Below, piece by piece: positions 1 to 7,756 of a DNA stretch of 64,000 nt; position 1 is the stretch's first letter; the number at the start of each line of letters is the position of its first letter. The stretch is from positions 256,001 to 320,000 of the forward strand of contig CAVSCK010000005.1 in NCBI GenBank assembly GCA_963726455.1, written 5' to 3'. The position numbers and the translations under genes were made by a program. Below the pieces are notes generated by a model, which was given only the letters and a program-made list of their open reading frames with translations, made no database searches and was not told the origin of the DNA. Source of the DNA: an uncultured bacterium. Its GTDB lineage: Bacteria; Zixibacteria; MSB-5A5; CAIYYT01.

Positions 1-1
1 C

Positions 2-982
2 ATCACGCAAACTCACGTAGATATTATTCAGTTCCTTCGCGATAAGTCTGATTGGGTTTCGACAAAAGCTCTCGCCGGCCACTTCAAACTCACTACCCCT
101 TCGGTGAACGAATCCTTGCGGGAGCTGCTGCGCTGGGGATATCGATTCGACACAAATCATCGGGGTGAGGTCAAGTTTCTTTCGGCGCCCGATATTTTGT
201 TTGCACATGAGATTTGCCGCGGACTCAAGACCCAGGTGCTCGGAAAGACGATCTACTGCTTTCGCTCAGCCGGCTCCACCAATACTCTGGCGCAACGTTA
301 CGCGATCAAAGGCGCACCGGATGGCACGGTCATCGTGGCGGGCAAACAGACTGCCGGACGCGGACGGTTGGGACGAACCTGGATTTCTCCACCGAAAGTC
401 GGCATCTACATGTCGGTTATCCTCAGGCCCGATATTACTCCGGCACAGGCGCCGGGACTATCATTGGTTGCGGCGCTGGCGGTTGCCGAGGCAATTCGCG
501 AGTACCCTCAACTCACCGCAACCATCAAATGGCCGAATGATGTTTTGATCAGCGGCAGGAAAGTTGCCGGCGTTCTGACCGAGTTGTCTGCCGAGTTGGA
601 CCACGTCTTGTTCGTGATAGTCGGTATCGGTATCAACGCCAACCATCAGAAGCAGGACTTTCCGGATACTCTGGCAGACAAGGCGACATCATTGCGAATC
701 GCGTGCGGTGATGTTGTTGATCGAAGCGCCGTGGTCAGAAACGTGCTGCACCATCTCGAAAAGAGATATCTGCAATTCGTCAAACACGGATTGAAAGACC
801 AGATCAAGGCTATCAAAGACGCGTCCTCGATACTCAGTCACACGATCAACTTCCAACAAGACGGCAAGACCGCTCATGGTACAGCCGTCGATATTGACAC
901 CGACGGCGCACTGATCGTCACGAGCGGCAAACGAACCATCAGATTATTGTCGGGCGAAATCACCCTCAAGGAGAACTACTGA
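2..982 (+). CDS. birA: Bifunctional biotin--[acetyl-CoA carboxylase] ligase/repressor (class II BirA), 5' end outside window
   Basis: GSTN, QTAGRGRLGRTW, KWPND and RKVAGVL motifs. The frame is open from base 2 (ITQTHVDIIQFLRDKSDWVSTKALAGHFKLTTPSVNESL), consistent with an N-terminal HTH. Confidence 0.93.
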   Translation: MTQTHVDIIQFLRDKSDWVSTKALAGHFKLTTPSVNESLRELLRWGYRFDTNHRGEVKFLSAPDILFAHEICRGLKTQVLGKTIYCFRSAGSTNTLAQRYAIKGAPDGTVIVAGKQTAGRGRLGRTWISPPKVGIYMSVILRPDITPAQAPGLSLVAALAVAEAIREYPQLTATIKWPNDVLISGRKVAGVLTELSAELDHVLFVIVGIGINANHQKQDFPDTLADKATSLRIACGDVVDRSAVVRNVLHHLEKRYLQFVKHGLKDQIKAIKDASSILSHTINFQQDGKTAHGTAVDIDTDGALIVTSGKRTIRLLSGEITLKENY

Positions 983-984
983 CC

Positions 985-2430
985 TTGTCCGCCTCGTCCA
1001 AGCGCAACATCCTCTTTGCCTGCGCCGCACTGGTAATTCTGTTCGCTTTGGTTGAACTGACTCTGCGGTTGGTCGTCCAAGTGTCCGTGGATTATCTGTC
1101 GCAAAATGATGATGTCAATTACGAGTATAAGCTCTGGCAGATGCACCTCTTTGACTCGGCGATGGAGATGCAGGAATTTGACCCGGACCTGTTCTGGAAA
1201 ATGAAACCGGGGTACCGGTCGCCATTTGTCTATATCAATAGCGACGGATTTTCGGGACCCGAAATCCGTGAGCGTCAACCCAACGAATTTCGCGTTCTGT
1301 TTCTTGGCGACTCAACACCACTGGGCGTCGGCTTGCCGAAATCGACCGGCTCGTTTGTGTGGCAAACGCGCGCGTTGCTCCAGGATGCCATGCCGGATCG
1401 GGCCGTGGTTGTGATCAACGGATCCGCCGCGGGATACACGAGTTGGCAGTGCCGCAAACTGCTGGAGTTGAAAGGCGATGAATTGAACCCGGATCTCGTG
1501 ATAACCTACTTCGGAAATAACGATGCATCCTACAATGGATATCTTTCTGACCGCGAGCTCTACAATCTGACTCGCCGCTACGGCGCGGTCAACCGCCTGC
1601 TGGCGAAAAGCTACACTTATCAGTTGATCAAGAGCATCGCTTTGAAGGTCAAGTCGGGCGTTCCGGCGGACGCAAAGCTCAAGGAAAGAGTCTCCGTGAG
1701 CGAATTTGGAGATAATCTACAGGCAATCAGGAATTGGTGCGAAAACCACCAATGTAAACTGGCAGTGTGTTCAATACCGACTCCTGATCTCTGGCCGCCC
1801 GGTATTCAATTCAAGGTTTTCACCGGCGGCAAGGATGCTTCCGGCAGACTCGTGATGGCCGAAAGCATGCAGAAGGACCTGGCGGAGTCGTGGAACTTGT
1901 GCCTCGACACTCTCCTGCTTCCGGGAGTGACGGACGTGTGGTCGAGTCTCGTCTACAAGTCGGGTAATGGCGATACAAAGTCGCCCGAACAACTGGAGAA
2001 ATCCTGTCGAGAGCAATTGAGGTCAACTCCCAATGATCCTCGGCTACTGAACAATCTCGGAGTTGCCCTTTGGCGCCAGGGACGGGACTCGCTGTCCTAT
2101 TTTCGACAAGCGCTCGAGATTGACAGTCTGAACCCGGCGCCCTGGTACAACCTTGGGATCGAAGAATATCATTCTGACTCGCAGCAAGCTGTCAGGTGCC
2201 TGGAGCAGGCAAAGGAACTGGATCGATACTCGTTACGCACCAAAGCGGCTTACAATCAGAAACTGCGGGACTTCTGCACTTCCCGTGAGGTCACCTTTAT
2301 CGACCTTGTGAAAGATTTCGCAGGTTTACCGGAGACGGAATACTTCGTAGACCATTGTCATCCGACAGCCAAAGGTCACGCATTGATAGCTCGCGAAATT
2401 GCCGAGGCAGTAACCGGCACGGCGCGCTAA
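985..2430 (+). CDS. SGNH/GDSL hydrolase family protein with N-terminal TM anchor and TPR-like insert
   Basis: FLGDS (block I), GYTS, FGNND (block III) and DHCHP (block V); TPR-like segment LNNLGVALWRQG...WYNLG. Confidence 0.8.
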   Translation: MSASSKRNILFACAALVILFALVELTLRLVVQVSVDYLSQNDDVNYEYKLWQMHLFDSAMEMQEFDPDLFWKMKPGYRSPFVYINSDGFSGPEIRERQPNEFRVLFLGDSTPLGVGLPKSTGSFVWQTRALLQDAMPDRAVVVINGSAAGYTSWQCRKLLELKGDELNPDLVITYFGNNDASYNGYLSDRELYNLTRRYGAVNRLLAKSYTYQLIKSIALKVKSGVPADAKLKERVSVSEFGDNLQAIRNWCENHQCKLAVCSIPTPDLWPPGIQFKVFTGGKDASGRLVMAESMQKDLAESWNLCLDTLLLPGVTDVWSSLVYKSGNGDTKSPEQLEKSCREQLRSTPNDPRLLNNLGVALWRQGRDSLSYFRQALEIDSLNPAPWYNLGIEEYHSDSQQAVRCLEQAKELDRYSLRTKAAYNQKLRDFCTSREVTFIDLVKDFAGLPETEYFVDHCHPTAKGHALIAREIAEAVTGTAR

Positions 2431-2556
2431 CGTAGTATTCACGATCTACTATCATTCTCGTCAGGATATACCTAATCGCTTGTCAGGTATGGCCCTCTGG
2501 CTCAGACCGCTGCCGGCATACCGGCTGCGCGGCGTCAGTCCCGGCGAAAAAAGTGG

Positions 2557-2585
2557 TTGACATTGGCCGGACGTTGTATTAAATA
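2557..2585 (+). promoter_or_regulatory. Putative sigma70 promoter of the porin gene
   Basis: TTGACA-17 nt-TAAATA; RBS AAAGGAG before ATG 2700. Confidence 0.55.
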
Positions 2586-2699
2586 GCCCGCTCAGATTTC
2601 GGCGCTGGGACGTGTGTCCGCGGATCTGAGTGGGAGAGTGCTATCGCATTCATTTGATAACGAAAATTAGAAAATTTCAGAGGTACTAAAGGAGAATCT

Positions 2700-3830
2700 A
2701 TGAGAAGGATTTGCCTGCTACTGTTGTCTGTGGCCGCTTTTCTCTTTGTTACGAATCCGTTGTCAGCAGCCGAAACCAAGTTTAGTGGCGTGATTTTCGG
2801 CAACTGGACACTGCATCTTAATGACCAGGGGCTGTCGAAGAATTACAATTACTTCGATATCACACGCGCCCGTCTGATCGTCGATCATCAGTTTAGTGAC
2901 AAGTATTCCGCCAATATGATGCTTGACCTGGTCCCGCGCGACACGGCAGATCCCAGCGCCGATCGATTCGGCCTGTCATATCGTTTACGTTCCGCCTACA
3001 TCCAGGGCGACAAGCTCGTCCGCTATACCACGTTCCGCCTTGGTCTGCAGGGAATTATGTGGTTTGACAAGCTGGAGAATTTCTGGGGCCTGCGCTATAT
3101 CGATAAAGTATCTTTGGACAAGTTTGGTTACCTCGACCGCGCCGACTTCGGCGTTAGCGCCATTATGGATTGCCCGGGCAACTATGGTACCGTAGCACTT
3201 CAGATCTTCAACGGTTCCGGCTATGCCGGTCGCGAGGCAAATCGGAACAAGGATTTTGTCGGCTTCGCGTCGTTCAACCCCATGCCCAAGAATCCTGACT
3301 TCGGCGAATCCAGTGTTTGGTTCCAGTATTACAAGGGCTGGCCGAACATTGCAAACACTGCCCCTGCCGGTGAAAGCTTCCATTCCATTACCAAGAGAGA
3401 CCGTTTGCAGCTAGCGGGCGCCTTCAAGTACCGTAAGTGGGCGACCGCAGTAGCGGAATACTTCCATACGTCGGATGACAATATTCCGACTAATCTTCCG
3501 GGTAACCTAGACGTGCAGAAAGCCAAGGGCGTGTCGCTGCTGGGCAAGCTGAATGTTGCCACTGCGGAGTCCTGGCTTGCCAGAGTCTATATTTTCGCCA
3601 AGTATGATTGGATCGATAAGAACTTGCAGCTTGACAAGTCGCTTGAGCCGTTTGCCTCGCAGGCGGGCGACGCGCGCGGCATTATCGGCGGTGTCGGTTA
3701 CGAGCCGGTCGACGGTTTGAATATCGCCTTGTCAATTTCGCGTTTGACCACCAAGTTGAACGATCGGAACATAGCCGTCGTGGAAGACGAAAGAAACTCG
3801 TTCGTCTTCAATTTCAGCGCAGCTTTCTAG
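2700..3830 (+). CDS. Outer-membrane beta-barrel porin-like protein
   Basis: Signal peptide, RARL and RLRSAY porin-type strands, alternating amphipathic strands and a C-terminal Phe. Confidence 0.7.
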   Translation: MRRICLLLLSVAAFLFVTNPLSAAETKFSGVIFGNWTLHLNDQGLSKNYNYFDITRARLIVDHQFSDKYSANMMLDLVPRDTADPSADRFGLSYRLRSAYIQGDKLVRYTTFRLGLQGIMWFDKLENFWGLRYIDKVSLDKFGYLDRADFGVSAIMDCPGNYGTVALQIFNGSGYAGREANRNKDFVGFASFNPMPKNPDFGESSVWFQYYKGWPNIANTAPAGESFHSITKRDRLQLAGAFKYRKWATAVAEYFHTSDDNIPTNLPGNLDVQKAKGVSLLGKLNVATAESWLARVYIFAKYDWIDKNLQLDKSLEPFASQAGDARGIIGGVGYEPVDGLNIALSISRLTTKLNDRNIAVVEDERNSFVFNFSAAF

Positions 3831-3850
3831 ATTCTCAATCAGGTGATACC

Positions 3851-3887
3851 AAAAGGCCCGGTCAGATTTGACCGGGCCTTTCTTTTT
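3851..3887 (+). terminator. Rho-independent terminator after the porin gene
   Basis: AAAGGCCCGGTCA-GATT-TGACCGGGCCTTT followed by CTTTTT. Confidence 0.85.
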
Positions 3888-3890
3888 GAG

Positions 3891-3924
3891 CAAAAAAAGA
3901 GAGCGGCAAGTGCGCTCTCTTTTG
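3891..3924 (-). terminator. Rho-independent terminator for a minus-strand transcript
   Basis: Minus strand reads AAAAGAGAGCG-CACTTGC-CGCTCTCTTTTTTT. Confidence 0.8.
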
Positions 3925-4058
3925 ATGGGAAATAGTCCTGACCCTGTCGTCAGGTCTTCCTTAACAAAACTTGGCTAAATATCAGTGACAGACCCTGTCG
4001 CCTGCCCACTCGTCTTGTCGCTGTTCCCTCCTAGCAAAATGTGAACGTGCTCCCCCGT
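3891..4058 (-). ncRNA. Candidate sigma54-dependent small RNA (~170 nt) with repeated GACAGG hairpin loops
   Basis: Bounded by a -24/-12 promoter and a terminator; two stems share the loop GACAGG; no convincing ORF. Confidence 0.55.
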
Positions 4059-4068
4059 TATCTATGCA

Positions 4069-4084
4069 TGCAAATTTCGTGCCT
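4069..4084 (-). promoter_or_regulatory. Sigma54 (-24/-12) promoter
   Basis: Minus strand AGGCACGAAATTTGCA is GG-N10-GC and matches TGGCACG-N4-TTGC at all but the first base. Confidence 0.7.
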
Positions 4085-4211
4085 CAGAGTTTGCACTCGG
4101 AGTCAAGATACTGATACAATGAGAGTTAGATGCAGAGGGAGGGTTTGGTCACCGACCCGGTTTTCCCAGGAATGTATGCAAAAGCGACGCTGTCTTTCAC
4201 ACTTGCCTGAA

Positions 4212-4227
4212 TTGTCATGCATGACAA
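4212..4227. promoter_or_regulatory. Perfect 16-bp palindrome, candidate enhancer-binding-protein site
   Basis: TTGTCATGCATGACAA, ~130-145 bp upstream of the sigma54 element. Confidence 0.45.
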
Positions 4228-4360
4228 CGGATTAATGGTTACCGCCACCGTCGAGAATCCGAACAAGGTTGGCACTGTTTGTCATACGATATAAGTAGAC
4301 ACAGTCACGCGCTGTACGAATGTGCTTGAGCAACGAAATAACGGACGACAAACTGTGGTA

Positions 4361-4789
4361 TTACTTGAACAGGGCTTTGATCTTGCCCCAGGTGGACAGG
4401 CGGACATCCAGAGTGGTTTCGACGCGCAGGTCAATCTTGAGGTTGTCTGCAGTCGGCGAGAACGTGGGCTTGGCGTTTCGCCCGTTCAGCTTGACCTGTA
4501 TTACGTCGGCGATTGACCGATAGCCCTTTATATCGGGCCTGGAAGGGTCGTATTCGGGAATGCGAAGTTCAAAATTGCCGTTATCCTGAGTTTGCACCTC
4601 GGTGATCTTGTCCTCGCCAATGAATGCAGTCAAAGGCAGGCCCTTGTCGGCAGGGCGACCAAGGAATTGAATGGTGCCGGTTACGATGCAGACATTGGTA
4701 AAGAACAGCGCCTTGGCAGCCGCTGAACAGAGTAATGCCAGCATCAGGCACAAAACTACAACTTTGAAGCGCTTTAAGGAATGCGTAAT
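4361..4789 (-). CDS. Small secreted protein with C-terminal TWGKIKALFK motif (probable ATT start)
   Basis: AGGAG-5 nt-ATT yields the signal peptide MTHSLKRFKVVVLCLMLALLCSAAAKA; beta-rich body. The track start at 4849 falls inside a -35 box. Confidence 0.7.
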   Translation of the reverse strand: MTHSLKRFKVVVLCLMLALLCSAAAKALFFTNVCIVTGTIQFLGRPADKGLPLTAFIGEDKITEVQTQDNGNFELRIPEYDPSRPDIKGYRSIADVIQVKLNGRNAKPTFSPTADNLKIDLRVETTLDVRLSTWGKIKALFK

Positions 4790-4820
4790 GACTGCTCCTG
4801 CAACTAATCTCCCCTGGTAC

Positions 4821-4849
4821 AAATTACGTGTATGTCCAAAATGTGTCAA
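4821..4849 (-). promoter_or_regulatory. Putative sigma70 promoter for the 4361-4789 gene
   Basis: TTGACA-17 nt-TAATTT. Confidence 0.55.
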
Positions 4850-5502
4850 GTTTTTTTGCGATCGGTCCGGCGGGGCAAATTGTTAACCAGCGAAAATGAC
4901 AGGTACTCCAGTTCCATCGCCATATTCTCGGTGCGAATAAACACATCGTCCGGAACTTTCAACTTGATGGGTGCAAAGTTGAGAATGGCTTTGATCCCGC
5001 AATGCACGACATGGTCTACGATTGCCTGCGCCGATGACGCCGGCACGGCCAATATGACCATCTCGATCTTATTCTCGTTTAGTTGCCGCTCAAGGTCGTC
5101 CATACCCAACACGGTGATGCCCTTGTGATTGGAGCCGATCTTGCGCTGGTCATTGTCGAACAGAATCTTGATATTGAACCCCTGCCGGGAGAATTCCTTG
5201 TAGGATACGAGTGCCGAACCGATATTTCCCACGCCTACCAAGGCTACGCTCCAGGTGCGGTCGATCCCGACGATGCGGGCGATCTTTTCTTTCAATTCCC
5301 TGACCGGATAACCCAGACCACGTGTGCCGAAAGAGCCAAAGAACGACAGATCTTTGCGAACTTGAGCCGGAGTCAGCTTTTCGCGGCGCGCCAATTCCTT
5401 GGAGGAGATGGTGTCGAAGTGTTCACGCTCCAACTGGGTCAGGGCACGGTAATAGTGAGAAAGTCGCTGAATTGTTGACTCAGATATTTTGCGTTCTTTC
5501 AT
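4846..5502 (-). CDS. rex: Redox-sensing transcriptional repressor Rex
   Basis: RLSHYYR, QVRKDLSFFGSFGTRGLGY, VGVGNIG and ILNFAP motifs. Confidence 0.97.
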   Translation of the reverse strand: MKERKISESTIQRLSHYYRALTQLEREHFDTISSKELARREKLTPAQVRKDLSFFGSFGTRGLGYPVRELKEKIARIVGIDRTWSVALVGVGNIGSALVSYKEFSRQGFNIKILFDNDQRKIGSNHKGITVLGMDDLERQLNENKIEMVILAVPASSAQAIVDHVVHCGIKAILNFAPIKLKVPDDVFIRTENMAMELEYLSFSLVNNLPRRTDRKKT

Positions 5503-5541
5503 TTACTTCCTCGCATCAGTTTTCGCCGCTAAAGTGGTCTG

Positions 5542-5559
5542 TTGTGAATCCTTTCACAA
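5542..5559. promoter_or_regulatory. Rex operator (autoregulation)
   Basis: TTGTGAA-TCCT-TTCACAA, a perfect consensus just downstream of a minus-strand TTGACA (5581-5586). A weaker half-match lies at 5624-5641. Confidence 0.9.
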
Positions 5560-5681
5560 CAAATAGGACATTTTCACTTCTGTCAAGCCCTATTTTGTTT
5601 GTACGGCTTAACATGCCCTCTATTAGAGAGATTTTTCACAATGCGCAAGACACCCCTGACTGTCAAAGTCGGTGTCAGAGC

Positions 5682-6578
5682 TCAGGGTTTGGCGTGGTGT
5701 CTTTCCGGTGAATGTCCCAGTTCGGTCATGCGCACCAACCATTTCCACTGTGACTCAACATGACTCTGGATTCGACGTATAGTCGTGCTGCTGAGCGAGG
5801 AGAATCGTCCCTGGCGCAAGATGAATTTCGTGACTGGGGTAAAGGTTTCCGGAGTGATGTTGATCGTATATTTCGAGCCGTTTTCGATCTCGTAGAGCGG
5901 GAAGATTCGGCTCTGGACAGCGGCCCGCGTAATTTCCACGGAAAGCTCCGAGGGCATTTCCCAGTGAGTCGGACAGGGCGAAAGGAGCTGCAGGAATCTG
6001 AAGCCGGTGTAAGACAACGCCTTCTTTACTTTGACAGAAAGATCATCGGGATAGGCAACACAAGCGGTGGCGCAATAAGGGATGTAGTGGGCCGCCATGA
6101 TCTGCATGATGTTCTTCTGCGGATGGTAGTTTTGGCGTTGAGGCGCAGGTGTGTTATCTGACAAGTCTGCGGACAGAAAATCGATCTTGGCATAAGGTTC
6201 GTTGTTGTAGCAGACATAGAGAATGTCATCGTTGCGCTCGGCGACCGATGATACGGCGTGAATTCCTGAGTCAAAGGCGCCGGTACCACCCGCCCAGGCC
6301 AGCACACGGACATTGTGTCTTCCTTTGGCCTCAAGGGCGGCACGAATTCCGGCGGCTGCCGCAGCCGTAGTTTCCATCGCAACGTGCAGAATCGGAATTT
6401 TGACTGCCGAATGCGGCCATTGGCCGTCCACGTAGGAGGCACAACACGACGGCACCACCATAATGGTATTCTCGCCGATCGCCTCTAAGACCAGGCGCAG
6501 GCCTAGTGCCTCGCCGCAACCCGGGCAGCCAAGATGGCCGGACTCCATCGGACACTGCGATTCATCGACGCGAGTCAC
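5682..6578 (-). CDS. porB: 2-oxoacid:ferredoxin oxidoreductase beta subunit-like protein with degenerate ThDP motif
   Basis: GHLGCPGCG, SCC and SPCPTHW cysteines retained; GDG motif reads AGGTG; YMNTG absent. Confidence 0.85.
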   Translation of the reverse strand: MTRVDESQCPMESGHLGCPGCGEALGLRLVLEAIGENTIMVVPSCCASYVDGQWPHSAVKIPILHVAMETTAAAAAGIRAALEAKGRHNVRVLAWAGGTGAFDSGIHAVSSVAERNDDILYVCYNNEPYAKIDFLSADLSDNTPAPQRQNYHPQKNIMQIMAAHYIPYCATACVAYPDDLSVKVKKALSYTGFRFLQLLSPCPTHWEMPSELSVEITRAAVQSRIFPLYEIENGSKYTINITPETFTPVTKFILRQGRFSSLSSTTIRRIQSHVESQWKWLVRMTELGHSPERHHAKP

Positions 6579-7756
6579 AACCGCACTCCCTCCCAGTATT
6601 GAGTTCCCGGCACATGTTTGCCGTCCGGGTATTTCAACGCGATTTCCCTTATCATCGCCGGCGTAATATCACGTCCACCCAGGCCGAGAGTGATATCGTA
6701 GAGACGAGTTACAGCGGCGGACGAATACAACGCGGCCTTCGTTTCCTGTCCGAGAATTCCACCGGCGCCGAAACTGATATTACGGTCCAGCACAATATAA
6801 CAGCAGGCGGGATTCAGCAATTGTAGCAACTGTTCGACCGGAAACGGGCGAAACATCCGCAGGCGAATCAAACCGACTTTGTGCCCTTCACTCCGCATCT
6901 CTCTCACGGTATGCCTGACAGTTTCCGCCATCGTCGCGTAAGTGATGAACACGACCTCGGCATCGGCAACTTCGTAAGTTTCCAGGCAGGAATACTTGCG
7001 GCCAAAGATTGCGGCAAACTGGCGAAATGTCTCGCCGGCAACCCTCTTGGTTTCGTCCATCGCTTGTTGAATCTTGTACCGGAATTCCAGATAGTAGTCG
7101 GGCGAGGTCAAATTGCCGATTGATCGCGGCCGCTTGGGATCGAGTTGCCACTCGGTTTCAAACGGCGGCAGGAAACTGTCCACTTGATTCGGTTCCGGCA
7201 GCATTACGGGCTCAATAGTCCGCGAAAGGTAGAAACCATCGAGGTTAACCAGTACCGGCAATTGCACAAGTTCGCCGAGCTTGTATGCAATGAGAATCAT
7301 GTCGTGCGCTTCCTGGCTGGTTGACGCGTAAAACTGAATCCAGCCGGTATCGCGCTGGGAAAAACTGTCGTTGTGATCGACCCAGATCGACCAGGGCGCT
7401 CCGAGCGCGCGGTTGACATTGGCAACCACAATAGGAAAACGGTCACCGGCAGCCCAGTGAAGCATTTCGTGCATCAGCGCCAGTCCCTGTGATGACGTCG
7501 CGGTGAAGGTACGGGCGCCTGTGGCAGACGCGCCAATCAGCGTCGACAAGGCGGAATGAGCGGCCTCGACCTTAACCATACGCGCGCGCAAGGAACCGTC
7601 GGCGCTGAAGTCGCAGAGGTGATCCATGATAGTCGAGGGCGGGACGGTCGGATAGACGACAACGACATCGGGTTGGGCGGCTTTGACTGCGTGCGCCACC
7701 GCCTGCGAACCTGAGAGCAAAGCGCCCTGCCCGGATATAGTTACTCTCGGCCTCAA
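6575..7756 (-). CDS. porA: 2-oxoacid:ferredoxin oxidoreductase alpha subunit-like protein with degenerate active site
   Basis: TATSSQGLALMHE, QRDTGWIQ, FRPFP and GLGGRD motifs; YPITP reads YPTVP and ESEH reads EAAH. Confidence 0.87.
   Translation of the reverse strand: MRPRVTISGQGALLSGSQAVAHAVKAAQPDVVVVYPTVPPSTIMDHLCDFSADGSLRARMVKVEAAHSALSTLIGASATGARTFTATSSQGLALMHEMLHWAAGDRFPIVVANVNRALGAPWSIWVDHNDSFSQRDTGWIQFYASTSQEAHDMILIAYKLGELVQLPVLVNLDGFYLSRTIEPVMLPEPNQVDSFLPPFETEWQLDPKRPRSIGNLTSPDYYLEFRYKIQQAMDETKRVAGETFRQFAAIFGRKYSCLETYEVADAEVVFITYATMAETVRHTVREMRSEGHKVGLIRLRMFRPFPVEQLLQLLNPACCYIVLDRNISFGAGGILGQETKAALYSSAAVTRLYDITLGLGGRDITPAMIREIALKYPDGKHVPGTQYWEGVRL

Noticed and set aside
2654-2672. 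Fur-box-like GATAACGAAAATTAG upstream of the porin
   Set aside because: Weak match in an AT-rich stretch.
3960-4010. Possible 19-codon minus-strand ORF (GTG start) inside the sRNA candidate
   Set aside because: The AGGAGG is too far upstream of the GTG (more than 15 nt) and the start codon is buried in a stem.
4270-4285. TGGCACTGTTTGTCAT as a plus-strand sigma54 site
   Set aside because: No GC at -12 and no plus-strand gene downstream.
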